This document shows positions 16,857 to 28,431 of a stretch of DNA of 64,000 nt, one piece after another. Numbering within the stretch: the stretch's first letter is position 1; the number at the start of each line of letters is the position of its first letter. The stretch comes from Squalus acanthias. Taxonomy: Eukaryota. The notes under the pieces were generated by a model that was not told the origin of the DNA, searched no databases, and saw only the letters and a list, made by a program, of their open reading frames with translations. Location: contig CM059432.1 in NCBI GenBank assembly GCA_030390025.1, positions 8,990,001 through 9,054,000 on the forward strand, given 5' to 3'. The position numbers and the translations under genes were made by a program.

Positions 16857-17088
16857 ATTTCATTGGAAAGCACTGGATTATCATTTGGAGCCAGGAATAC
16901 TGGCGCCATCTTCCCCTACTTGGTTCACGTACCCAGGCACACTATCATATGGATCACCATACCATCACCAAATCCAGAACTGTCCGAAGGATTGGATCTT
17001 GAAACAACCAGGCCAAAAACCTTACCCTTTATCCCCTTTTCGTCAAATGAAGAACCAAATGTTCTTCAAATCTCCATGACTCATTAGA

Positions 17089-17567
17089 TAAGAACATAAG
17101 AAATAGGAGCAGGAGTAGGCCATACGGCCCCTCGAACTTGCTCCATCATTCAATAAGATCATGGCTGATCTTTGAACTCAACGCCACTTTCCCGCCCGAT
17201 CCCCATATCCCTTGATTCCCTTAGTGTCCAAAAATCTATCGATCTCTGTCTTGAATATACTCAACGACTGAACATCCACAGCCCTCTGGGGCAGAGAATT
17301 CCAAAGATTCACACCCTCTGAGTGAAGAAATTCCTCCTCATCTCAGTCCTAAATGGCCGACCCCTTATCCTGAGACTATGCCCCCTAGTTCTAGACTCTC
17401 CAGCCAGGGGGAAGCAACCTCTCAGCACCTACCCTGTCAATCCCCCTCAGTATCTTGTATGTTTCAATGAGATCACCTCTCATTCTTCTAAACTCCAGAG
17501 AGTATAGGTCCAATCTACTCAATCTCTCATCATAGGACAGCCCTTTTCATCCCAGGGATCAATCTAG
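17089..17567 (-). mobile_element. CR1 LINE 3' fragment
   Basis: (cataagaa)n tail, ggagcaggagtaggcc 3'UTR and RT C-terminal NFFTQRVVNLWNSLP region on the minus strand. Confidence 0.9.
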
Positions 17568-18489
17568 CTCAATTACACCATCCATTGGGTATACGCTCCT
17601 CTACGAACACTTTAAGCAAGTACCAAATCCCACTGTGTGTTTTGTAATGCAGCGTTTAAAAAAAGATAGATTCAGGTTTAACCACCAGCTTAGCTCCTGT
17701 ATTCAACAAGTGCACAACGGGATTTAGTGCGGAGCCTCTTAAACGTTTGTACAGCAACAGCAGCAGTCGGAAAATTTCAATTCTAATGAAACGACCCCGC
17801 AGTCATCTGCTCCCAGGTCTCTTTATCCGTGCTACCGGGATGATGTGTGAAAGTGCTGGGAGTTGGATATATCTTCCTCTCCCTGAGGCAACTGCCTGTG
17901 GTGCTACCCAGTGAACCTACTGTCAGATAGACCCGCTATCTGCCTTGGTTTGCTGCCCTTCTTTTGGTGTTGTGTTGAGCGTTGTAACATTCCTGCAGCC
18001 GCTGATCACGTAGTTAACCAAAATTGCTCCCGCACTGTGTGTACTGCGACATATAAAATAGGCCTATGAGGAGAAATCAATACCTTAATTGGCCGTCAAG
18101 CAAGTCGAACAGTAAGCCCACTGATCGACGATTGTAAAAGACAATGGCATACCAGTAGCTAGCTACAGAACGAGATGTAAATGAGCAGAAAATAATCACC
18201 AAGATCAGCTGATAGGAGTCTTTCAGAATAGACGGTTACATTCTTAGGACTCCACCAGATTTTGCTCTTGTGTATCGAGCCACAGATCACTACATAAGAA
18301 ACCCCCTCACTCCCGATGGACCCAGTGTGGCTCGATGTATAACACCTGGCAATGAAGCAATGTCAGAGCTCACTGAATGGACAGGAACCTCCCCTGTTAA
18401 TGACGCGGTTTATGTTCCTGCAATGCCACTCAACCCTGTTGGCCCAGAAAGGGAACAATTGAAACTGTGGAGCCTCGCTCCAGCAGGTA

Positions 18490-18624
18490 ATAAGAACATA
18501 AGAACATCAGACGTAGGAGCAGGAGTAGGTCACTTGGCCCCTCGAGCCTGCTCTGCCATTCAATAAGATCATGGCCGATCTGATCTTGGCCTCAACTCCA
18601 CTTCGCTGCCCGTTCCCCCCATAA
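18490..18624 (-). mobile_element. CR1 3' tail fragment
   Basis: taagaacataagaac...ggagcaggagtagg motif. Confidence 0.8.
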
Positions 18625-18656
18625 TGGGTCCATCGGGAGTGAGGGGGTTTCTTATG

Positions 18657-20765
18657 GCACTCAAGGGGTTGACGGTGGATAGGCAATGGCAAACATTCAA
18701 AGACTGCATGGATGAACTACAGAATTTGTTCATCCCAGTGTGGCATAAGAATATAACAAAAAGGGTGACTCAACCGTGGCTAACAAGGGAAATTAGGGAT
18801 AGCATAAGATTCAAGGAGAGGGCATATAAATTGGCCAGAAAAAGCGGTAACCCTGAGGATTGGGAGCAGTTTAGGATTCAACAAAGGAGGACAAAGGGAT
18901 ACATTAAGAAGGGGAAAATAGAATATGAAAGTAAGCTTGCTGGGAACATAAGAACTGACTGTAAGAGCTTTTATAGATAAGTGAAGAGAAAAAGATTAGT
19001 GAAATCAAGTGTAGGTCCCTTGCAGTCAGAAGTGGGGGAAGTTATAATGGGGAACAAAGAAATGGCAGGCCAATTAAATGCATATTTTGGAGAACATACG
19101 GTCTGATGAAAGGGAGGTTTGAAAGAAATCAATATTTGCAGAGAAATGGTGTTAGGGAAATTGATGGGATTGAAGGCCGATAAATCCCAAGGGCCTGATA
19201 ATCTACATCCTAGGGTACTTAAGGAAGTGGCCCTAGAAATAGTAGATGCATTGCTGATCATCTTCCAACATTTGATGGAATCTGGAACTGTACCCATGGA
19301 TTGGAGGGTAGCTAATGTTACCCCACTATTCAAAAAGGGTGGTAGAGAGAAAGCGGGGAATTACAGACCAGTAAGCCTGACATAGGTAGTGGGGAAAATG
19401 CTAGAGTCCATTATAAAGGATGTAATAGCTGAGCACTTGAAAAACAGTGACAGGATCGGACAAAGTCAACATGGATTTACAAAAGGTAAATCGTGCTTGA
19501 CTAATCTACTGGAATTTTTTGAGGATGTAACTGGGAAAATAGATACGGGAGAACCAGTAGATGGGGTGTATTTGGACTTTCAAAAGGCTTTCGATAAGGT
19601 CCCGCATAAGAGATTAGTGTGTAAAGTTAAGGCACATGGGATTGGGGGCAAGTTATTGACTTGGATAGAGAACTGGTTGCCGGACAGAAAGCAGAGAGTA
19701 GGAATTAATGGGTCTTTTTCCGAGTGGCAAGCAGTGATTAGTGGGGTACCGCAGGGATCGGTCCTTGGACCCCAGCTATTCACAATATACATTAATGATC
19801 TGGATAAGGGAACTAAATGTAATATCTCCAAGTTTGCAGATGACACAAAGCTGGGTGGGAGTGTGTGCTGCGAGGAGGATACCGAGAAACTCCAGGATGA
19901 TTTGGACAGGTTGAGTGAGTGGGCAGAAGCGTGGCAGATGCAATATAACGTGCATAAATGCGAGGTTATCCACTTTGGTGTCAAAAACAGAAAGGCAGAC
20001 TATTATCTGAATGGCAATAGATTGGGAGAAGGGGAAGTGCAACGAGACCTGGGTGTCCTTGTGCACCAGTCGCTGAAAGTAAGCATGCAGGTGCAGCAGA
20101 CGGTGAAGAAGGCCAATGGTATGTTGGCCTTCATAGCGAAAGGGTTTGAGTATAGGAACAGGGATGTCCTGCTGCAGTTGTACAGGGCCTTGGTGAGACC
20201 ACACCTTGAGTACTGTGTGCAGTTTTGGTCGCCTTATCTGAGGAAGGATGTTCTTGCCATGGAAGGAGTTCAGCGAAGATTCACAAGGCTGATACCTGGG
20301 ATGGCAGGAATGACATATGAGGAGAGATTGGGTCGATTGGGCTTATACTCGCTGGAGTATAGAAGAATGAGAGGGGATCTCATCGAAACATATAAAATTC
20401 TGACAGGTCTGGACAAACTAGATGCAGGAAGAATGTTCCCGATGGTCGGAGAGTCCAGAACCAGGGGTCATAATCTAAGGATAAGGGGTAAGCCATTTAG
20501 GACAGAAATGAGGAAGAATTTCTTCACCCAGAGAGTGGTGCACCTGTGGAATTCTCTACCACAGAAGGTAGTTGAGGCCAAGTCATTAAATATATTCAAG
20601 AATGAGTTAGATATATTTCTTAAAGCTAAAGGTATCAAGGGATATGGGGAGAAGGCAGGCACAGGGTACTGAGTTTGGATGATCAGCCATGATCTCATCG
20701 AATGGCGGAGCAGGCTCGAGGGGCCGAATGGCCTACTCCTGCTCCTATCTTCTATGTTTCTATGT
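18657..20765 (+). mobile_element. 5'-truncated CR1 LINE (ORF2 RT, disrupted)
   Basis: ORFs 18624-20672 give CR1 ORF2 motifs ([35 protein letters not shown]); internal deletion near 19100; (ttctatgt)n tail. Confidence 0.95.
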
Positions 20766-21033
20766 TTAACCCTTGACTCCCTTATCGTTCAAAAATCTGT
20801 CTATCTTCACCTTAAATATATTCAATGACCCAGCCTCCACAGCTCTCTGGGGAAGAGAATTCCAAAGATTCACGACCCTCTGATAGAAGAAATTCTTCCT
20901 CATTTCTGATTTAAATGAGCGACCCCTTATTCTGAAACTATGCCCCCTAGTTCTAGATTCTCCCACGAGGGGAAACATCCTCTCAGCATCTACCCTGCCA
21001 AGTCCCCTCAGAATCTTATACGTTTCAATAAGA
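20766..21033 (-). mobile_element. CR1 ORF2 C-terminal fragment
   Basis: ORF 20766-20978 MFPLVGESRTRGH...NLWNSLP. Confidence 0.85.
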
Positions 21034-21034
21034 T

Positions 21035-21442
21035 GAATTATTGATAATAATGAATTATTCCGAGAGGTTTTAAAAAGAAAATTATTACTTTTCCTTTCTG
21101 TCTCTTTCTACTCTCTCTCTCTGAACCCACTGTCTCTCTCCCCCTCACTTTAGTTCTCTTTCTGCATCTAACTTGGCTCTAATTCACCCTATTTCCTTCT
21201 CTGTCCTTCCTCTGTTTCTTTCTCCACCCTTAAATCTCAAGGAGACAGACCGTTGGACCCGACGTCCGTGAGATCCCAGATGCCCCGTTGCCCTTCCCCA
21301 CCCCCTCCCCCCCGCCGTTTTTAACTCACACTTACAGCAAATTTGCGGAGCAAAAAAAATAAACGTGATCTGACGGGTGAGGGAAAGAATCCAATTCGGG
21401 GCGCTCGCCGCGAGATGCCTCACTCCAGCATTTTCCGGGCCC
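21035..21442. mobile_element. partial Harbinger-type MITE
   Basis: Ends in a attttccgggccc TIR-like sequence; its pyrimidine-rich core resembles the inverse of 45470-45570. Confidence 0.45.
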
Positions 21443-21547
21443 TTATTCTCTATGTGGCACCGTTGCTCCATCACCTTGAGGGTCTACAGATCGCCAGGCT
21501 GACTACGCCCTCTGTTTCGGGGCCTCTGCTCGAGGATATCTCTTACC

Positions 21548-21709
21548 AATGTTCCCTCTAAATTGTCTTTGTTGCGCGCAGCCTGTTTATTTCAATGCGC
21601 GGTCCCTTTAAATTTCTGCGCCTGCGCGGTACGACAAATGGAAAAACCTGCGCGGCACCTTCCAGATTACTGCGCGGCCGCACACGCACGAAGCTTAGAG
21701 GGAACATTG
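21548..21709. mobile_element. hAT-like MITE
   Basis: TIR caatgttccctct...agagggaacattg; degenerate 8-bp TSD tctcttac/tctgtgac. Confidence 0.75.
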
Positions 21710-21823
21710 TCTGTGACCCTTCATTGTATTCTTATTGATTATTAGTGTCATTCCTAACATTACTCTGTGAGTGTTGACGTAACTTTAATACGGCTAGCGT
21801 CATCCATCTCCCCGGTTACTGCC

Positions 21824-22230
21824 CAACAACAACAACAACTTGTATTTATATAGCGCCTTTAATGTAGTAAAACGTCCCAAGACGCTTCACAGCAGTATTT
21901 GAAGACAAAAAATTTGACACCGACCCACATAAGGATAGATTAGGGCAGGTGACCAAAAGCTTGGTCAAAGAGGTCGGTTTTAAGGAGCGTCTTAAAGGAG
22001 GAAAGAGAGGTAGAGAGGCGGAGAGGTTTAGGCAGGGAATTCCAGAGCTCAGGGCCGAGGCAACAGAAGGCACGGCCGCCAATGGTTGAGCGATTAAAAT
22101 CAGCGATCCTCAAGAGGGCAGAACTAGAGGAGCGCAGATATCTCGGAGGGGGATGTGGGGCTGGAGGAGATTACAGAGATAGGGAGGGGCGAGGCCATGG
22201 AGGGATTTGAAAACAAGGATGAGAATTTGG
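21824..22230 (-). mobile_element. L2 LINE 3' fragment
   Basis: (caa)n tail; minus strand encodes L2 C-terminal FKSLHGLAPPYL...LWNSLP-type motifs. Confidence 0.85.
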
Positions 22231-22357
22231 CTCAGTACTAAAGGGGCCTCCTCCATGCACGTGTGAGCAATTGAAAGCAACTTTCACGGTTAGAAAGAAC
22301 AAACCAGGCGGAACAATTCACACAAAAAAAAACCAGGTATCACACCCGGTACGCAGT

Positions 22358-22626
22358 TAGGGTCGCCAAGTCTGTGGTTGGATGTATTCCTGGAGGTTTC
22401 ATTGCATGACCTCTCACCCAGCGAAGCAGCCTTTTCTTTTCCCACCCCCAATAACTAAAAGATAAAAGTGCTCAAAGAATATGTAAATAACACACAATTT
22501 CTTTTAAAGGCTCCTATGATGGGATTTTGTCCCCCCCCCCCTCAGGACTGCTCGTAGCAATGTCCCGGAGATTGATCTCTAATTCCTGGAGAATCCAGGG
22601 CAATCCTGGGAGGGTTGGCTACTCAA
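22358..22626. mobile_element. hAT-like MITE (AGGGTTGCCAA TIR family)
   Basis: tagggtcgccaa ... gggttggctactc ends; related inverted copy at 49016-49757. Confidence 0.55.
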
Positions 22627-22769
22627 TGCGCAGTAGGAAAATCCCCAAAGATGGGAATCTCAATGTCCGTTTTTAAATTAACTAATGTCCGGAATTTCCT
22701 CAGAGCCGATCCCCACTCTGTTGACGCAATTTCGTGGAAACGGGATTTCTGCGGCACTTCCATCAATGT

Positions 22770-22890
22770 CCAATGATGGTCAAATTCAGCTTGAGGAACA
22801 GCACTTCATCTTTCGATTAGGCACTTTACAGCCTTCCGGACTCAAAATCGAGTGCAACAATTTCAGATCATAACTTCTGCCCCTATTTTT
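22770..22890 (+). mobile_element. Penelope-like element fragment (end of GIY-YIG ORF)
   Basis: EEQHFIFRLGTLQPSGLKIE motif shared with 44520 and 47490. Confidence 0.7.
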
Positions 22891-22891
22891 T

Positions 22892-23070
22892 AGAATCATA
22901 CAGGACAGAAGGAGGCCATTCGGCCCATCGTGCCTGTGCCGGCTCTTTGAAAGAGCTCTCCAATCAGTCCCACACCCCCAGCTCTTCCCCGTAGCCCTGC
23001 AAATTTTTGCTTTTCAAGTATTTATCCAATTCCCTTCTGAAAGTTACTATTGAATTTGCTTCCACCACCT
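22892..23070 (-). mobile_element. CR1 3' end fragment
   Basis: agaatcatacaggacagaaggaggccattcggccc tail motif. Confidence 0.7.
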
Positions 23071-23474
23071 TTACAGACGTGCACCCAGTGTGTTATCCCC
23101 TTGTATCCTTTGTTCTCTCTATTAGCTGTTGGTGTGCCCTAGTACTATGCCTGAATCACTGTAGACTCATTACTTTCAGATACGTGCTCTCACATGAGAT
23201 GGCACAGTGCCACCACTTGAAGGGATTTTTACTAGTCCTAGCCCCTTTAGGGCTACCCCGGATCAGGCGTATTTCTCAGACGTTCACTTTCAACTAAAGT
23301 TTGAGGTAGCCGAATCCTAAAGATGCTTAATTGGGTCTAAAGGTCCGGGCTATCTCTCCCTAAAGGAAAGGAACAACCCGAGAATGTTACCGTCCTCCAG
23401 ATAGCGCTTTTAATAAGTTTAGCTAGACTGTAACGTCCCGGATATTATGAGGGTCCGGAAAACTCCCCCAGAAA

Positions 23475-25102
23475 TGTAACTCTCCACCAAAGAGTGTACA
23501 GAGATTGAGTTCGTGAGTTTTTGATACAGAAGACTTGTGAGAGAATTCTAAAAATATATAGATTTATTAAAGAACCGACATGCAATCTACAGTTGGTGAA
23601 TCAGTCAATCGCAACTTTAACAGTTCTAAAAAGAGAAAACATACTGGCCCGAAAATTAGACCTAATACGCGAGAGTACACACTGTGTACTCTCGCGTTTT
23701 AGGTCTCCAATTGCCGGTTTGTAGCATGCACTGCGCATGCGCGGGAAACCGGCACTTCGTGAACTCAAAAGGGGGCGGTTCCTAAGTGAACCACGTGCGC
23801 GCTACAGGCTGCGCGCACGCAGTGCACTTAGTGCTTTGAACGCGCAGGTAAGCATGGAAGATTTTGCACATAAAGAAAGGAGGCGTAAGACCCTCTTTTA
23901 ACAAGGTAAGTAGTTAATTAAGTATTATTTTAAATTTTTTTCAACAGGTTTATCTTTTTTAGAGACTTTAAAGAAAGGTAAGTTTATTTTTATAACTTTT
24001 AAAAAGATTTTAAATTTTTTCAAAAATTTAATTTTTTGTTTAAAGTGGTTAATTTATTTAACTATACTTATTTTATTAATGTGATGGTTTTAAAAAAAAA
24101 ATTTAATTGAGGTTTAGCTGTTCTTTTGGGGGCTATAGGTTCATAGCTTTGACAGCCCTTGCTGTCAAAACTATGAATGAAAGATGGTGTGCTGTCATTG
24201 GCTCTAACTGAATCACGTGATCCCAGAGCTCGCACGAACTAACTCCGTCTCTGGGATACGCAAGCACTGCACAGCTGCAGCCTTGAAACTAAAGTTCGTG
24301 TGAGCTCGGAGGGAAAAGGTAGGCGCGCAGTGAGATATCGCGGGGAAGCCTTACCCCCGCAGGAACGCTCCGTCTTTAATTTCTGGGCCATTATCTTTTT
24401 AACAGATAATCTTACTTTTAAATCTTAACTTTGCTACAGTATTACCGTTCTTAAAGTTCTCTATACAGGATATCCATCAATATCAAATACCTTTGATCCC
24501 CGAGGTACAAAGAGTGGTAGACTACAGAGCTGCCTCTGAAGCCGAGAATCACTTTGCCCGATTAAAGCGAGTCTGATATCCCACTTGAGAGTTCAATATT
24601 TATACCCTTTTCCAGTGGTATTTCCTTTAAGGTTTTCTGCTGATGCAAGTTAATTATCTCTAGTCATTTTTCTGCCGACCTCTGCAATTCTCCACTGAAA
24701 CATCAGCTGGTAGCATTACAGAATCTTGTCTCATCTCTAGGTGTTCTAAGTTTACCATACAAAAACGGTGTGACGGCAGGTGTTCCTTACTTTATGCCAT
24801 CTTTACATGGGTAGATGTTCCTTATCTTATGCGCCATCTTTACGAAGTTTAAATTAGAACAGGGTGAACCATTGTTTTTTTCACAAAAGTTCAGCTTGTC
24901 GGAGCCCTCACCTTCTGTTTCAATAAGGTTATTTATTCAGTGTCAGCAACTGTCTTATCTCAATAGCCAGAATGCTTTCATAGCTATTTCATAGTTAGGT
25001 TTCTAAATTTCCAAACCCAGTTTGTCATATTTTAATAAGGCCAGAGCTCCTTCATAAGATAGTGTATTTTTCTGAATAGGTTATATGGCTTATTCCTTCA
25101 CA
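23475..25102 (-). mobile_element. probable LTR (ERV/Gypsy-like) interrupted by a MITE
   Basis: Minus strand TG...CA termini, ~34-bp tandem repeat at 24777-24845, TATA box (gggtataaata, ~24597-24607), AATAAA (23563-23568), then a TGGGGG PBS-like stretch; no TSD found. Confidence 0.5.
23646..24389 (+). mobile_element. PIF/Harbinger-type MITE copy 1 (744 bp)
   Basis: TIR ggcccgaaaatta...taatttctgggcc; act/att flanks; near-identical inverted copy at 25216. Confidence 0.9.
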
Positions 25103-25215
25103 CACTGACATGAATATCAACTAGCTGTTCATGTGCTACTCTGTGCATGTCCTCCTAGATGGCATCTTCTCATGATGCCTACTAATCTCGTTGAGCAAAC
25201 AGTGTCCCTGACATT

Positions 25216-25958
25216 GGCCCAGAAATTAAAGATGGAGCCTTCCTGCGGGGGTAAGGCTTCCCCGCGATATCTCATTGCACGCCTGCCTTTTCCTTCCTAG
25301 CTCGCACGAACTTGAGTTTCTAGACAGCAGCTGTGCAGTGTGTGCGTATCCCACAGACGCAGTTAATTCGTGCGAGCTGTGGGATCACGTGATTCAGTTA
25401 GAGCCAATGGCAGCACACCATCTTTCATTCATAGTTTTCACAGCAAGGGCTGTGAAAGCTATGAATACTATACCCCCCCAAAAGAACAGCTAAACCTCAA
25501 TTAATTTTAAAAAAAAACCATCACATTAATAAAATAAGTATAGTTAAATAAATTAACCACTTTAAACAAAAAATTAAATTTTTGAAAAAATTTAAAATCT
25601 TTTTAAAAGTTATAAAAATAAACTTACCTTTCTTTAAAGTCTCTAAAAAAGATATACCTGTTGAAAAAAATTCAAAATAATACTTAATTAACTACTTACC
25701 TTGTTAAAAGAGGGTCTTACGCCTCCTTTCTTTATGTGCAAAATCTTCCATGCTTACCTGCGCGTTCAAAGCACTAAGTGCACTGCGTGCGCGCAGCCTG
25801 TAGCGCGCACGCGGTTCACCTAGGAACCGCCCCCTTTTGAAATCACCAAGTGCCGGTTTTCAGCGCATGCGCAGTGCATGCAGAAACCGGCAATTGGAGA
25901 CAGAATACGCGAGAGTACACAGTGCGTAGTCTCGCGTAGTGAGACTAATTTTTGGGCC
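25216..25958 (-). mobile_element. PIF/Harbinger-type MITE copy 2 (743 bp), inverted relative to copy 1
   Basis: TIR ggcccagaaatta...taatttttgggcc; exact ATT TSD. Confidence 0.9.
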
Positions 25959-26229
25959 ATTAGCTCTTGCAATCTCCTGCTTGCAGTTGCCGCTAATCAT
26001 TCTCCAAGCGGGTCGAAGCCAGCGTGACCACATGCTGCTGCTGGGACCCCCATCACGGTCTATAGCAAGAGTGGGAATGTGCCTATTTATTCAACATAAA
26101 GAGCTTGGAGACGTTTCTGAGAAAAGAGTAATTGAGGTCAGCACGAGTGTTGCCAGATGCACATGGTAGACGGCAGTGCAGGTAACCTCTCTTCCATGGC
26201 AACACATAGCTGAGCATCAGAATCTTCCA

Positions 26230-28410
26230 CATAGATACATAGATACATAGAAGATAGGAGCAGGAGTAGGCCATCCGGCCCTTCGAGCCTGCTCCGCCAT
26301 TTAATGAGATCATGGCTGATCCTCCGATTCAGTATCCCGTCCCCGCCTTCTCTCCGTAACCCTTAACCCCTTTTGCCTGTAGAAATATATCTAATTCCCT
26401 CTTAAATATATTTAATGAGCTGGCGTACACTGCCCTCTGTGGCAATGAGTTCCACAGGTTCACCACCCTCTGAGTGAAGAAATTCCCCCTCATTTCTGTC
26501 CTAAATGGTTTAGCCCTTATCCTTAAATTATGTCCTCTAGTTCTGTTCTCACCCGCCAAGGGAAACATTCCTTCTGCATCTAGTCTGTCTAGACCTGTCA
26601 GAATTTTATACACTTCTATGAGGTCCCCTCTCAATCTTCTAAACTCCAGTGTGTACATCCCTAAACTACATAGTCTCTCCTCATAGGTCAATCCCGCCAT
26701 TCCTGGTATCAGCCTGGTGAATCGCCGCTGCACCCCCTCCATGGCAAGAAAATCTTTCCTCAGATGAGGCGACCAAAACTGTACACAGTACTCGAGGTGT
26801 GGTCTCACCAGTGCCCTGTACAGCTGCAGCAAGGTATCCATGTTCCTGTATTCCAACCCTTTTGCTATGAAGGCCAGCATACCGTTTGCCTTCTTGACCG
26901 CCTGTTGCACCTGCATGCTCGCCTTCAGTGACTGGTGTACAAGAACACCCAGGTCTCTCTGTACTTCCCCCTCTCCCAATTTATTGCCATTTAAATAATA
27001 ATTTGCCCTCCCGTTCCTGCACCCAAGGTGGATAACTTCGCACTTGTCCACATTATAGTGCATCTGCCATTTATCCGCCCAATCACCCAGTCTGTCCAAA
27101 TCGCTCTGGAGCTTCCTGGTCTCCTCCTCTGAGCCCACCCCCCCTCCTAGTTTAGTGTCGTCTGCAAATTTGGAAATGCTGCATCCGACTCCCTGATCCA
27201 GGTCATTAATGTAAATTGTGAACAGCTGGGGACCCAGGACAGATCCCTGTGGTACCCCACTTGTTACTGCCTGCCATTCAGAAAATGAGCCATTTATTCC
27301 AACTCTCTGTTTTCTATCTGACAGCCAGTTCTCTATCCACGTCAATACTTTCCCCTTTATCCCATGAGCTTCAATTTTCCCTGCTAATCTTTTATGTGGG
27401 ACCTTATCGAAGGCCTTTTGGAAGTCCAGGTACACCACATCTACTGGCTCTCCCCCATCTATTTTACCAGTTACTCCCTCAAAAAATTCCAATAGATTAG
27501 TCAAGCACGATTTACCCTTTGTAAATCCATGTTGACTCTGTCCTATCCTGTCCCCATTTGCTAAGTGCTCCGCTATTTCATCCTTAATGATGGACTCCAG
27601 CATTTTGCCCACAACTGATGTAAGGCTTACAGGTCTGTAATTACCTGCTTTTTCCCTACCCCCCTTTTTGAATAGTGGGGTAACGTTAGCTACCCTCCAA
27701 TCGATGGGCACTGTTCCCGAGTCTAATGAATTCTGAAAAATCATACTTAGTGCATCCGCTATCTCTAGGGCCACCTCCTTCAGCACCCTAGGATGCATGT
27801 TATCAGGCCCTGGGGATTTGTCCGCCTTCAATCCCTTTAGCTTCCTTAACACCATATCCTTAGAGATATTGATTTGCGTCAGTTCCTCCTTTGCAAATGT
27901 CCCTATTTTTCCCGATATCCCAGGGAGGTTTTTTGTGTCTTCCTTCGTAAAGACTGACCCAAAGTATGCATTTAGTTGGTCTGCCATTTCCTTATTTCCC
28001 GTTATATATTCCCCCGTATCTGACTGCAATGGGCCAACTTTGGTTTTCACCAGTCTTTTCCTCTTGATATACTTATAAAAGCTTTTGGAGTTAGTTTTTA
28101 TATTTTCCGCCAGCTTGCTTTCGTAAGCTATTTTGCCCCTCTTGATTAAGCCCTTTGTCCTCCTTTGCTCTATCTTAAACTGTTCCCAATCTTCCGCTCT
28201 GGTGCTTTTTTTGGCTATTTTATACGCCCTATCTTTGGATTTTATGCTGTCTCTAATTTCCCCTGTTATCCACGGTTGAGTCACCTTTTTAGATTTCCTT
28301 TTATGCCAGATTGGTATAAACAATTTTTGCAATTTTGTCATTCTATCTTTAAATGCTTGCCATTGTTTATCTACCTCCAGTCCTCCCAGGAACGTTGTCC
28401 AATCCAGACT
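26230..28410 (-). mobile_element. young 5'-truncated CR1 LINE
   Basis: (ctatgtat)n tail, CR1 3'UTR and an uninterrupted ORF2 portion. Confidence 0.95.
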
Positions 28411-28431
28411 ACTTCCCACTTTAGTTGTCAA
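26329..28431 (-). CDS. CR1 ORF2 reverse transcriptase region, open for 700 codons (lacks APE endonuclease; no true start)
   Basis: [62 protein letters not shown] motifs. Confidence 0.85.
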   Translation of the reverse strand: MTTKVGSSLDWTTFLGGLEVDKQWQAFKDRMTKLQKLFIPIWHKRKSKKVTQPWITGEIRDSIKSKDRAYKIAKKSTRAEDWEQFKIEQRRTKGLIKRGKIAYESKLAENIKTNSKSFYKYIKRKRLVKTKVGPLQSDTGEYITGNKEMADQLNAYFGSVFTKEDTKNLPGISGKIGTFAKEELTQINISKDMVLRKLKGLKADKSPGPDNMHPRVLKEVALEIADALSMIFQNSLDSGTVPIDWRVANVTPLFKKGGREKAGNYRPVSLTSVVGKMLESIIKDEIAEHLANGDRIGQSQHGFTKGKSCLTNLLEFFEGVTGKIDGGEPVDVVYLDFQKAFDKVPHKRLAGKIEAHGIKGKVLTWIENWLSDRKQRVGINGSFSEWQAVTSGVPQGSVLGPQLFTIYINDLDQGVGCSISKFADDTKLGGGVGSEEETRKLQSDLDRLGDWADKWQMHYNVDKCEVIHLGCRNGRANYYLNGNKLGEGEVQRDLGVLVHQSLKASMQVQQAVKKANGMLAFIAKGLEYRNMDTLLQLYRALVRPHLEYCVQFWSPHLRKDFLAMEGVQRRFTRLIPGMAGLTYEERLCSLGMYTLEFRRLRGDLIEVYKILTGLDRLDAEGMFPLAGENRTRGHNLRIRAKPFRTEMRGNFFTQRVVNLWNSLPQRAVYASSLNIFKRELDIFLQAKGVKGYGEKAGTGY

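Noticed and set aside
16860..17080. Plus-frame peptide with GIL...GSPY resembling hepadnavirus terminal protein
   Set aside because: Only two short words with wrong spacing and no downstream RT motifs; likely chance
12138..17087. 1649-aa His/Thr-rich ORF (also 6057-7454 and the Cys/Val-rich minus-strand ORFs)
   Set aside because: Artefact of (CA)n sequence, which rarely forms stop codons; no gene signals
18216..18566. Plus-strand open frame that looks protein-like
   Set aside because: No recognisable domain, no ATG or splice context, and it runs into a CR1 tail
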